NCBI GenBank assembly: GCA_001029695.1
Contig: CP011211.1
Location: forward strand, 960,001-992,000
Length of the DNA stretch: 32,000 nucleotides
Reading direction: 5' to 3'
From: Candidatus Saccharimonadota bacterium
Lineage (GTDB): Bacteria > Patescibacteriota > Saccharimonadia > Saccharimonadales > Saccharimonadaceae
This document shows positions 8,176 through 16,761 of the stretch, piece by piece. The position numbers and the translations under genes are program-made. A model generated the notes under the pieces. That model saw only the letters and a program-made list of their open reading frames with translations. It ran no database searches and was not told where the DNA came from. Position 1 is the stretch's first letter. Each line of letters begins with the position of its first letter.

Positions 8176-9150
8176 ATGTCTATTGAATCAAACTACCGAA
8201 CCGCAGAGAGTGTGAGTCCAAAACATCCGGATAAGATCGCTGATCAAATTTCTGATGCAATTCTTGATGCTCATCTCGTTAAAGATCCTAGGGCGCGAGT
8301 TGCTGTAGATGTTGCAGGTGGTCATGGCAAGATCTATGTGACCGGGGAAGTAACCTCACATGTGACGGATATAAATGTGCCCTCTATAGTGCAGCGACTC
8401 GCGGGAGATAGTATCGAGTTGATTGAGAATATTGCCGAACAGAGTCTGGAGATTGCTCAAGGGGTCGATACCGGTGGTGCGGGAGATCAGGGTATCGTTG
8501 TAGGCTATGCGACGAGCGAGACTCCTGAGTTACTTCCAAAAGAAGTGGTGTTGTCTCGTGCGCTTAATCAGCATCTTTATAGGTCATGGCCATGCGATGG
8601 TAAGACGCAGATTACACTCAATGGCAAGGGTGATATTGTTGGGGTGGTGGCGAGTTTTCAGCATGCACCAACACCTCATCTAAAAGAAACAGTGGAGTCA
8701 TGGCTTGATGATTTTGCGGTGGCCGAACAGGTTCGTATTCATGTAAATCCTGCAGGGGATTGGCATATTGGTGGATTTGATGCGGATGCAGGGCTGACTG
8801 GTCGTAAGCTTGCAGTAGACAACTATGGTCCGCGTATTCCTGTTGGGGGTGGGGCATTTAGTGGTAAAGATCCAAGCAAGGTTGACCGTAGTGCGGCGTA
8901 CGCGGCACGGCAAGTCGCCGTACGATACCTTCACGAGCGACAGGCCGATGAAGTGTTTGTGCGTATTGCCTATGCAATCGGCGTGGCTGAGCCGCTCGAG
9001 CAAACAGTGATTGTCGATGGCGCGGCAGAGCAGATCACGGGTTTTGACCTAACCCCAAATGGAATTATAAAAAGCCTTAATCTTAGAAGGCCTATTTATG
9101 AACAAACAGCAAGATATGGTCATTTTGGCCATGGATTTGACTGGGAGTAG
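8176..9150 (+). CDS. metK: S-adenosylmethionine synthase (compact, 324 aa)
   Basis: ESVSPKHPDKIADQISDAILDA, GAGDQGIVVGYAT, GGGAFSGKDPSKVDRSAAYAARQVA, YAIGVAEP, TARYGHFG. The SD AGAAAGGA lies 6 nt upstream. Confidence 0.95.
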   Translation: MSIESNYRTAESVSPKHPDKIADQISDAILDAHLVKDPRARVAVDVAGGHGKIYVTGEVTSHVTDINVPSIVQRLAGDSIELIENIAEQSLEIAQGVDTGGAGDQGIVVGYATSETPELLPKEVVLSRALNQHLYRSWPCDGKTQITLNGKGDIVGVVASFQHAPTPHLKETVESWLDDFAVAEQVRIHVNPAGDWHIGGFDADAGLTGRKLAVDNYGPRIPVGGGAFSGKDPSKVDRSAAYAARQVAVRYLHERQADEVFVRIAYAIGVAEPLEQTVIVDGAAEQITGFDLTPNGIIKSLNLRRPIYEQTARYGHFGHGFDWE

Positions 9151-9250
9151 TCAGGTTTCGTGTCAAGGAAAAATATACAACGCTTAAGCTGCAAGCATGT
9201 GCTTTAGATGTAGTACAATGAAACAAGTTGTAAAAAAAGAAAGTTAGAAT

Positions 9251-10321
9251 ATGGAACCTGAAACCCCTCAAGAAATTGATCAGACTATTGATGTCGTCGA
9301 AGAAAACACACAAGAAGATAAAGCGTCACGTATTGAGCCAGAAGAGACGCATGCTTTGGATGCTACGGATATCTTTTTATGGGCGAACAATACTGATGGG
9401 GTAAAAAAAGAATTGGATGTTGAGTTCTTTTTGTTCAATAAAAACTACACGCCATATTCGACAAACTTCGCGAGTGAACTCAATGCCCAAATCAAGCCAC
9501 TTTTTCTGTTTGATTTGATTAACTTTGTTAATCTTGGTGCAGGCACTGGTCTTAGTGTCAGAGACTTTGAAATGAGCGAGGGTGAAGATAATGTACTGCT
9601 TCGGACAGATCTTGATAAGGTCGGACGAGCTGAAACGCTTCTTCACCTTATCGAAAATGAGCGTCATGATATGGTTGAGTTTAGCGAAAGTGAGCATGAA
9701 TTTAAGCGCATCAAAGGTATCATTGCGAAATTTTCACATAAAGATTCACCCGACAAAGTCTTTTACAGTATTAAGCAGATCCAGCAGGGGAGTGTCCTTA
9801 AGGGCGCTACTGCATGGGAATTTCGTGATGGTAAGTTTGGTGCGTTTCAGGCGGAAGTTGGACTTAAAATTCCAGATGACAACCAAGTACTTATTATCGA
9901 CAAAGATATATTCGTGTTTAATCAGTCAAAATTTGAAAAATTGTTTAACTATGAGTACAAGAAGCAGCTTCTCGCTGATCAAAAGGTAGCCGAAATAGAA
10001 GATAAGTTCCAGCTTAGCTTTCCTGACGGCCTTGATCTACAGTCACTTGTACGAGATCGAAAAAAGATCGTCAATAAGCTCCAGAAGATGGAGATTGGTG
10101 ATGTTACTCAAGAGCAGGCGGTTGAGTATGCTGATGAGATGCAATTAGAGCTGATGACTGATGATGCAGGCGCGATTATCATTATGGATGGTAATGATCT
10201 TGATACATTTGTGAATCTTATCAATGAAGACTACATCACTAGCCATGTAACAGGTAAGCGTTACGAGATTAAGAGCAAGAAACTCCTCGATGATGCAGAG
10301 GGTGAGCCACCTCGTGGATAG
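9251..10321 (+). CDS. KwaB-like (DUF4868-like) protein, 356 aa
   Basis: Clear ORF with an acidic N-terminus. The central IIDKDIFVFNQSKFEKLFNYEYKKQLLADQKVAEIE and C-terminal DTFVNLINEDYITSHVTGKRYEIKSKKLL resemble my recollection of Kiwa KwaB/DUF4868. I have not verified this by search. Confidence 0.45.
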   Translation: MEPETPQEIDQTIDVVEENTQEDKASRIEPEETHALDATDIFLWANNTDGVKKELDVEFFLFNKNYTPYSTNFASELNAQIKPLFLFDLINFVNLGAGTGLSVRDFEMSEGEDNVLLRTDLDKVGRAETLLHLIENERHDMVEFSESEHEFKRIKGIIAKFSHKDSPDKVFYSIKQIQQGSVLKGATAWEFRDGKFGAFQAEVGLKIPDDNQVLIIDKDIFVFNQSKFEKLFNYEYKKQLLADQKVAEIEDKFQLSFPDGLDLQSLVRDRKKIVNKLQKMEIGDVTQEQAVEYADEMQLELMTDDAGAIIIMDGNDLDTFVNLINEDYITSHVTGKRYEIKSKKLLDDAEGEPPRG

Positions 10322-10342
10322 CTCGTCAGTGAGTTCTGCCGA

Positions 10343-10864
10343 CTAGTAGGTGAGTGTATACTTGCACAATGTAAGGCCGCTCGATACGGAGGTTTCAACT
10401 ACAAGGTCATCGGGGCAAGAATTATTTGATTCAAATGCTCCAATAAGCTTGATGTCTGTCGCTCCTATGATTGCATATGGCCCAGCGTACGTAGCGACGG
10501 CTGAAGTTGATACAGAAGGAAGTGTAGGACTAACGCGCTTTAATTCGTTCATGAGCCCTGTACTTGCAGCGACAGTTGGCGCTGTCGAAGATGATGTGTC
10601 GGCGCACTTTCCTGTAGAAAAACTACTTCCGAGGCAATATGAGCCGGTTGCCTGAGAAGGATAAGTACTGAAACGTGTCTTATATAGCTCGAAGGTTGAT
10701 TTCCATGTCTCAAGTTCATTGGCGCGCGCTGTATTGCGCGATTGAACTGATACGCCATTCCATCCTACGACTACGATAGCTGCAAGAATTGCCATGACAG
10801 CAATGACGATGAGAAGTTCGATGATAGTAAAGCCAGTGGGTTTTTTATACATTGATTTAATCAT
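10343..10864 (-). CDS. Type IV pilin-like protein (prepilin N-terminal methylation motif)
   Basis: MIKSMYKKPTG/FTIIELLIVIAVMAILAAI is a class III signal peptide. The SD GGAG lies 10 nt upstream of ATG 10864. I rejected the ORF-track extension to 10948. Confidence 0.85.
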   Translation of the reverse strand: MIKSMYKKPTGFTIIELLIVIAVMAILAAIVVVGWNGVSVQSRNTARANELETWKSTFELYKTRFSTYPSQATGSYCLGSSFSTGKCADTSSSTAPTVAASTGLMNELKRVSPTLPSVSTSAVATYAGPYAIIGATDIKLIGAFESNNSCPDDLVVETSVSSGLTLCKYTLTY

Positions 10865-10928
10865 AAGCAATATACTCCATGTGTGCAATGGTACAGGAAG
10901 AAAATAAATGAAAACAAGAGGAGCTAAA

Positions 10929-10946
10929 GGAGGTATGCACACCTCC
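10929..10946. promoter_or_regulatory. Inverted repeat GGAGGT-6 nt-ACCTCC in the pilin/pif1 divergent region
   Basis: 6-bp arms at 10929-10934 and 10941-10946, immediately upstream of the pif1 extended -10. Confidence 0.3.
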
Positions 10947-10950
10947 AAGC

Positions 10951-10959
10951 TGTTATACT
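10951..10959 (+). promoter_or_regulatory. Extended -10 TGTTATACT, 7 nt upstream of the pif1 ATG
   Basis: TGnTATACT at 10951-10959, with ATG at 10967. The spacer is aaaaaga and contains no SD. Confidence 0.45.
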
Positions 10960-10966
10960 AAAAAGA

Positions 10967-12493
10967 ATGAATCAGGGATTAGCTCTAGAAATTATGCTTT
11001 CAGGTGAAAGCGTTTTGTTGACCGGACCAGCGGGAGCAGGTAAGACATTTGTATTAAATCAGTTTATTAAGATTGCTAAGGCTGACGGCAAACACGTCTC
11101 TGTAACCGCTACGACAGGACTAGCCGCCACGCACCTAGGTGGTACGACAATTCATTCTTGGTCGGGAATGGGTATTCTTGATCATATTCCCGAGGGGTTT
11201 GCGGCGCATGTTGCAAAAGGTCGTCGAGAAATTATAGAGAAGACTGATGTATTGATTATCGATGAGATTTCGATGTTGCACGACTATCGTCTTGATATGG
11301 TTGATGAGGTATGTCGGCTGATTCGGCGAAAAGATATTCCATTTGGCGGCATACAGGTGATTATGTCTGGAGACTTCTTCCAGTTACCTCCAATAAATAG
11401 AGGTGATTCACGTGCAGGTGGATTTGTTGTACATAGTAACGTCTGGCAAGAACTTGACCCGACGATCTGCTATCTCCAGGAACAGCACCGTCAGGATGAT
11501 GAGCATCTCCTCGATATTCTCAATTCACTTCGAGCCGGCGATATACGGCGTCATCATGCCGAAAAGCTGCTTGCACGTGTCGAGGCTACGCCACCTGAGG
11601 GTATGGTGATGACTGAGCTACATACGGTGAATATCGATGTCGACAAACTAAATGAGCAACGACTCGATGCGCTTTCGGGTGATGAGCTTTTTTATACACA
11701 GTCAACAACGGGAGCTGACAATTACGTTGAAAACCTTCAACGATCCGTACTTGCCCCTGCGACACTTCGACTCAAAAAAGGTGCGTTGGTAATGGCAGTG
11801 AAAAACGCAACTGATCGTAGATATGCCAATGGGAGTATTGGGACGGTGATTGATTTTGAGAGCGGTACTGAATATCCTGTTGTTGAGTTTAAAACGGGGC
11901 GTATTGTGAGTATGCAGCCTGATAGTTGGGAGCTTCGCGATGGCGACAAAAAGCGTGCGAGTATCAGTCAAATCCCTCTTAGGCTTGCCTGGGCGATTAC
12001 GGTCCACAAGAGTCAAGGAATGACGCTCGATGCCGCAAGGATTGATCTGCGAAAAGCATTTGTAGAGGGGATGGGATATGTGGCGCTTAGTCGTGTGAAA
12101 AATCTTGAGAATCTCTATCTCGAAGGAATTAATCGTATGGCGCTTGCGGTGAGCGAAGATGCTCAGGCTATTGACGCGAATCTGCGCACACGAGCAAGTA
12201 ATGATGTTAAAAAATTCTCACATCTTGAGGTCAAAGCTGAAAAACGTAAGCATGCACCTGAGCCTAAGAAAAAGCCAGCCGTAGGGTCGAGTGGTTGGGC
12301 TGATAAAATTGCTAAGATGCGCGAGACGCATCCAAACGCGTATAAGCCATGGACAAATCAGGACGATTCTCTCTTAAAACAAGAATTCCAAAATGGTGTT
12401 TCCGTTGCGGGACTAAGTGAACAGCTTGGTCGGCATGAGGGAAGCGTGAAGATGCGTCTGCAAAAGCATTTCGGTGAGGATGCAGTTCAGTAA
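10967..12493 (+). CDS. pif1: Pif1/RecD-family ATP-dependent DNA helicase with a C-terminal HTH-like domain
   Basis: Walker A GPAGAGKTF, Walker B IIDEISML, SGDFFQLPPI and TVHKSQGMTLD. The C-terminal WTNQDDSLLKQEFQNGVSVAGLSEQLGRHEGSVKMRL looks like an HTH. Confidence 0.85.
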   Translation: MNQGLALEIMLSGESVLLTGPAGAGKTFVLNQFIKIAKADGKHVSVTATTGLAATHLGGTTIHSWSGMGILDHIPEGFAAHVAKGRREIIEKTDVLIIDEISMLHDYRLDMVDEVCRLIRRKDIPFGGIQVIMSGDFFQLPPINRGDSRAGGFVVHSNVWQELDPTICYLQEQHRQDDEHLLDILNSLRAGDIRRHHAEKLLARVEATPPEGMVMTELHTVNIDVDKLNEQRLDALSGDELFYTQSTTGADNYVENLQRSVLAPATLRLKKGALVMAVKNATDRRYANGSIGTVIDFESGTEYPVVEFKTGRIVSMQPDSWELRDGDKKRASISQIPLRLAWAITVHKSQGMTLDAARIDLRKAFVEGMGYVALSRVKNLENLYLEGINRMALAVSEDAQAIDANLRTRASNDVKKFSHLEVKAEKRKHAPEPKKKPAVGSSGWADKIAKMRETHPNAYKPWTNQDDSLLKQEFQNGVSVAGLSEQLGRHEGSVKMRLQKHFGEDAVQ

Positions 12494-12494
12494 G

Positions 12495-13349
12495 TTATTT
12501 GAGCCTGGCGACTTTTATACTGCCATCAGTGACATAAAATGTCCGAATCTGCTGTCCACGAAACCGCAGTTCTTCACCCGAAGCAGTGACGAATGATTTT
12601 TTTATACACTTGTTAGCTTCAAGGGAAGATAAGATAAAGTCCCGTTCTTTATCGCTGTCATGACTACCGCCGTGCGTGAGACGACCAGTACGCCATTGGA
12701 TATCGATCGCGTGCGTCTCTTCAGTTGCTGCACCAATCCATACTTCACGTGTGCCAGAAAAGAGATGCTGTAATTTATCTTGCCAAAAATGATAATGACC
12801 CTCGTTGCGCGCGCCGCTATTTGGTTCCTCTAGTCGCCAAAACCGTACATGGTGACGTGTCCGCGCGCTCCCTGCAGTATTTGTTGGAATCTCAAAGCCT
12901 ATGTCGTGCGTACGATCAAAGAGATAGAGATTGCTCAGTGGTGCCTCTGGATAAGACCGATTAAATACGATAGACAATACTTCCCGAAATCCATTTTTGA
13001 AAGTAAGAGGATCAGCTGTGTACCAGCCGGCTTCTTGCATTTTGTGCTCTAGGTGGGAGCGATTTTTGACGATCAGCGCTAGGTTGACGGGGTCGGAAGG
13101 CCAGCCGTCACCAGTCGTTACGTAGAGAGGGATATGATGCGGGCGGGAAAATACATGGAAAAGTCGCATGAGGTTGGGTATGACGACGTATGCCATGAGA
13201 CAGTAAAGCAGGAGGAGGCCAAAAAAGAAGGCGAGTTGACTATCCGCATATGGCCATGCTGTATAGCTGATGCCGGCAAAAATAATACACCCAAGCAGAA
13301 AAATAAGTGCTCGCCATAGCGTACGAAGAATAAAACGAAGTTGTGACAT
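12495..13349 (-). CDS. Membrane protein with an LssY-like C-terminal domain
   Basis: Two N-terminal TM helices, then GWPSDPVNLALIVKNRSHLEHKMQEAGWYTADP, which is typical of the LssY_C family (from memory). Confidence 0.55.
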   Translation of the reverse strand: MSQLRFILRTLWRALIFLLGCIIFAGISYTAWPYADSQLAFFFGLLLLYCLMAYVVIPNLMRLFHVFSRPHHIPLYVTTGDGWPSDPVNLALIVKNRSHLEHKMQEAGWYTADPLTFKNGFREVLSIVFNRSYPEAPLSNLYLFDRTHDIGFEIPTNTAGSARTRHHVRFWRLEEPNSGARNEGHYHFWQDKLQHLFSGTREVWIGAATEETHAIDIQWRTGRLTHGGSHDSDKERDFILSSLEANKCIKKSFVTASGEELRFRGQQIRTFYVTDGSIKVARLK

Positions 13350-13359
13350 GATTGTAGTT

Positions 13360-13365
13360 ATTATA
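13360..13365 (-). promoter_or_regulatory. TATAAT (minus strand), 10 nt upstream of ATG 13349
   Basis: ATTATA on the plus strand equals TATAAT on the minus strand. It lies within the 64-nt divergent intergenic region. Confidence 0.35.
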
Positions 13366-13399
13366 CCTTACAAAATCATCTTCGTGTGAGACGGTGCGG

Positions 13400-13405
13400 T
13401 ATAAT
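13400..13405 (+). promoter_or_regulatory. TATAAT, 8 nt upstream of ATG 13414
   Basis: The hexamer is followed by agaatgat and then the ATG, with no SD. Confidence 0.4.
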
Positions 13406-13413
13406 AGAATGAT

Positions 13414-14676
13414 ATGAGTACAACACCGGCATCGAAGCCATTTCCGAAAAAATTCCTTTGGGGCGCCTCTACTGCAGCACATCAAGTAGAAGGGGGTAAC
13501 CACAATCAATGGTCAGTCTGGGAGCTCGAGAACGCAAAGAGTCTTGCGACGCAGTCTGAATATCATTACCATGACCTCGAGAGCTGGTCTCGCATTAAGA
13601 AAGAGGCCACATCACCTCAAAACTACATCTCAGGCGATGCAAGTGACCACTATGTTCAGTATGAAAAAGATTTCGACATTTTAACAAAGCTCAATATGAA
13701 TGCGTTTCGTTTTAGTGTCGAATGGTCTCGCATTGAGCCGCAAGAGGGGGCGTGGAATGCTGAGGCGATCGAGCACTACAAGCACTATGTGCAAGCATTG
13801 AAGCAGCGAGAGATTGAGCCTATCGTGACGTTATTTCATTTTACATTGCCCGTATGGTTTAGTGAGCTTGGTGGGTTTGAAAAGAAGAAAAATATCCACT
13901 ATTTTACACGCTTTGCAGAAAAGATCATTAGTGAACTCGGGGTGTCAGTTCGGTACATAATTACCATCAATGAACCAGAGGTGTATGCACACGAAAGCTA
14001 TCTTGCTGGTAATTGGCCGCCGATGAGGCAGAGCAAGAAAACGATGATCACAGTGCTCAACAATCTCGCAATAGCTCATAAGCAGGCAGCGAAGGTTATC
14101 CATACGCTGAATCGGCGATATAAAGTGTCTGTAGCGAAGAATTCTTGTTATTTTTATGCAGGTGACGATGCGTTGTTGAGTAGGAAAACTGCGGACATTA
14201 TGCAATACGGTCAAGATGACTATTTCCTTAAAAAAGTTGCAAAACACTGTGACTTTCTCGGAGTTAACTACTATTTTAGCAATCGAGTATACGGCTATCG
14301 CGTACATAACCCGGATATTGATATGAGTGATTTGGGATGGGATTTAAGCCCTGCAAATATCCAGCAAGTACTCGAGCGGCTTCATGACAAGTACGAACTA
14401 CCAATCATTATTACTGAAAATGGACTTGCCGATGCAACGGACGAACATCGAAAGTGGTGGCTTACCCATACAATTATAGCTATGCAACGAGCAATGGCGT
14501 ATGGCGTGAAACTCGAGGGATATCTTCACTGGAGTCTCCTTGATAATTTTGAGTGGGATAAGGGGAAGTGGCCGCGATTTGGGCTTATTGCTGTTGATTA
14601 TGCTACGCAAAAGCGTTCAGCACGCCCGAGTGCTATATGGTTGTCTAAAACATTAAAAAAACTGAGGGGAATATAG
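13414..14676 (+). CDS. Glycoside hydrolase family 1 beta-glucosidase
   Basis: FLWGASTAAHQVEGG, acid/base motif ITINEPEV, nucleophile motif IITENGLAD, and WSLLDNFEW. Confidence 0.9.
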   Translation: MSTTPASKPFPKKFLWGASTAAHQVEGGNHNQWSVWELENAKSLATQSEYHYHDLESWSRIKKEATSPQNYISGDASDHYVQYEKDFDILTKLNMNAFRFSVEWSRIEPQEGAWNAEAIEHYKHYVQALKQREIEPIVTLFHFTLPVWFSELGGFEKKKNIHYFTRFAEKIISELGVSVRYIITINEPEVYAHESYLAGNWPPMRQSKKTMITVLNNLAIAHKQAAKVIHTLNRRYKVSVAKNSCYFYAGDDALLSRKTADIMQYGQDDYFLKKVAKHCDFLGVNYYFSNRVYGYRVHNPDIDMSDLGWDLSPANIQQVLERLHDKYELPIIITENGLADATDEHRKWWLTHTIIAMQRAMAYGVKLEGYLHWSLLDNFEWDKGKWPRFGLIAVDYATQKRSARPSAIWLSKTLKKLRGI

Positions 14677-14680
14677 CTTG

Positions 14681-15709
14681 ATGATGAAAGAACCGTTTGC
14701 TCGCACTGAAATAAAGATTGCTGTTATAGGTGGGGGGACGGGTAGTTTCACATTACTCAGCGCGCTAAAGGATCACACTTCTCAAATTGCAGCTCTGGTA
14801 AATATGGCAGACGATGGCGGAAGCACAGGGGTGCTGCGCGATGAGCTTGGTGCGCTGCCTCCTGGTGATGTACGCCAGTGTCTTGTGGCACTGAGTCGAA
14901 CACCTGAGGTACGTGATCTGTTTGACTATAGGTTTGATGAAGGTAGCTTAAAAGGTCATGCCTTTGGCAATCTATTTTTAACAGCACTTGAAAAGATGAC
15001 AGGTGACTTCGGAAAAGGCGTTGAACTTGCGAGTCAGGTACTCAATATCACTGGTGTCGTGGAGCCTATTACGCTGACGAACGTAAAGCTAGCGATGCGT
15101 CGCGCTTCGGGCGAGGAGACGCATGGTGAGTTTGAAATAGCACATAAAGAGTTTAAGGATGAGAAGCCTGAATTCTGGCTCGAGCCGAATGCGACGCCAA
15201 ATCCAAGGGCTATCCGCGCAATTGAGTCTGCCGATATTGTCGTTATTGCACCTGGTAACCTCTACGGTAGTCTCGCACCTGCATTGATCGTTCCTGGTGT
15301 AGGCGAAGCGCTCGCACGAACGAATGCATTTAAGGTGTACGTTTGTAATCTTGTTACAAAGCCTGGTCAGACGGATGACTATAAGGTGAATGATTTTGCT
15401 GATGAGATAGAGCGACTTGCGGGCACTCGATTTCTCGATGCGGTTCTATACAATACCAAAAGGCCGACAGATGACTTGATGGATAAATATGCCAAAGCAG
15501 GCGAGAGGAGCGTTGAGTATGATGACGCTACTCTTGAGGCGGCTCCGTATATTGCTGCGGGCACAAATCTTCTCGCAGGATCAATTTGGAAGAATTTTAA
15601 CGCAGCAGATCCAATCGCTGCGAGTCGTACGTTGATACGTCATGACTCTGCGGCGGTAGCGGCGGCAATTATCGAATTATACGAGTATAATCGTGGCTCT
15701 AAGAGTTAA
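14681..15709 (+). CDS. yvcK: YvcK/CofD-family gluconeogenesis factor-like protein
   Basis: IAVIGGGTGSFTLLSALK...LVNMADDGGSTGVLRDELGALPPGDVRQCLVAL. The SD GAGGGGA lies 10 nt before ATG 14681. Confidence 0.85.
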   Translation: MMKEPFARTEIKIAVIGGGTGSFTLLSALKDHTSQIAALVNMADDGGSTGVLRDELGALPPGDVRQCLVALSRTPEVRDLFDYRFDEGSLKGHAFGNLFLTALEKMTGDFGKGVELASQVLNITGVVEPITLTNVKLAMRRASGEETHGEFEIAHKEFKDEKPEFWLEPNATPNPRAIRAIESADIVVIAPGNLYGSLAPALIVPGVGEALARTNAFKVYVCNLVTKPGQTDDYKVNDFADEIERLAGTRFLDAVLYNTKRPTDDLMDKYAKAGERSVEYDDATLEAAPYIAAGTNLLAGSIWKNFNAADPIAASRTLIRHDSAAVAAAIIELYEYNRGSKS

Positions 15710-16394
15710 CCGCACGCTTCCTTCTGCAGTTGAAGTCGTTTATCTACTTGATTTTGATCGGTGTCTTGTAGACACGGAGAGATTATTTGGTATGTTTGTC
15801 GAGGTTGTGACGCAGCATACATCGATTCCTATTAGCGAACTTGAGGCTGCGGATCGCGATATGAAACGACGAGGGGACTCATTTGATACCGCAAGCTTCG
15901 TCCGCGAACGGCTACTTGAACTGGGGGATGTAATTATATGGGAGAAGATTGTTCAGGAGTTTATCGAAAAGGTAGGCGAGACGGATGTTCTTATGCTGGG
16001 TGCTCGTCAGCTTATTGATCAGCTCGACAGTCATCAGTTACATTACGGTATCTTAACATATGGTAATCCACTTTGGCAGGATATAAAGTTACGGGCCTGT
16101 GGTCTGAGTGATATTCCTACCTATATTGCTCCACGAAAAGAGAAGGGTCTTTTGATTCAATCGTGGCTACACTCGGGTGTTTTTTTATTGCCAAAAGAGC
16201 TGACGGGAGTGTGGGCTAAGGCGCTCATACTTGTTGATGACAAGGCCGTAAGCTTTGATGGATTTCCGTCATTGCCATCTCGAGGTTTTTGGGTGCTGGA
16301 TGATACGAAGCCTATACTTCCGTCCCAGCAAGGAGGCGTACCGAGCAATGTTGAGCGAGTGCAGAATCTTACTGACGTAATAAATACTATATAA
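15693..16394 (+). CDS. HAD-superfamily hydrolase-like protein
   Basis: YLLDFDRCLVDT (motif I-like DxD), ILTYG, RKEKG and LILVDDK (motif IV-like). The GTG start overlaps yvcK by 17 nt, and both the start and the family call are tentative. Confidence 0.45.
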   Translation: MALRVNRTLPSAVEVVYLLDFDRCLVDTERLFGMFVEVVTQHTSIPISELEAADRDMKRRGDSFDTASFVRERLLELGDVIIWEKIVQEFIEKVGETDVLMLGARQLIDQLDSHQLHYGILTYGNPLWQDIKLRACGLSDIPTYIAPRKEKGLLIQSWLHSGVFLLPKELTGVWAKALILVDDKAVSFDGFPSLPSRGFWVLDDTKPILPSQQGGVPSNVERVQNLTDVINTI

Positions 16395-16411
16395 CATTTA
16401 TATTCATATTA

Positions 16412-16440
16412 TTGACAAAACATAAACAGTATGCTAGTAT
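16412..16440 (+). promoter_or_regulatory. Promoter TTGACA-17 nt-TAGTAT with TGn extension
   Basis: TTGACA at 16412-16417, TG at 16432-16433, and -10 TAGTAT at 16435-16440 (TATAAT also at 16438-16443). ATG 16450 lies 6-9 nt downstream with no SD. Confidence 0.6.
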
Positions 16441-16449
16441 AATAATATT

Positions 16450-16683
16450 ATGACAAAGCAGACAAAAATAACCAAAAAAACAGTTACCACTAAAAAACAG
16501 CTTACTCTTGAGGCGGCTACTCCTGTAGTTGTATCAGGCGCCACTCAAGCAGACCAAGACGCTAAAAATGCGCTTCTTATCGTCTCTCTCGCGATTAATA
16601 TGTTTATTTTTATCGGCTGGATTGCCTTGCAGGTGACGACAGCCTATGACTACCAGGTTGCTGCACTGCTCTTTACTCGCTAG
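16450..16683 (+). CDS. Small membrane protein (77 aa), K/T-rich N-terminus with one TM helix
   Basis: Strong promoter upstream and a strong intrinsic terminator downstream. The TM segment is ALLIVSLAINMFIFIGWIALQV. Confidence 0.6.
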   Translation: MTKQTKITKKTVTTKKQLTLEAATPVVVSGATQADQDAKNALLIVSLAINMFIFIGWIALQVTTAYDYQVAALLFTR

Positions 16684-16703
16684 GGCGCTCGCTTCATTGC
16701 TTT

Positions 16704-16741
16704 AAATACCACGGATTATTCATAATCCGTGGTATTTTTTG
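16704..16741 (+). terminator. Rho-independent terminator
   Basis: 14-bp stem ATACCACGGATTAT (16706-16719) / ATAATCCGTGGTAT (16722-16735), followed by a T-run ending at 16740. Confidence 0.85.
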
Positions 16742-16761
16742 TTCTCTGTTGATGCCTATGG

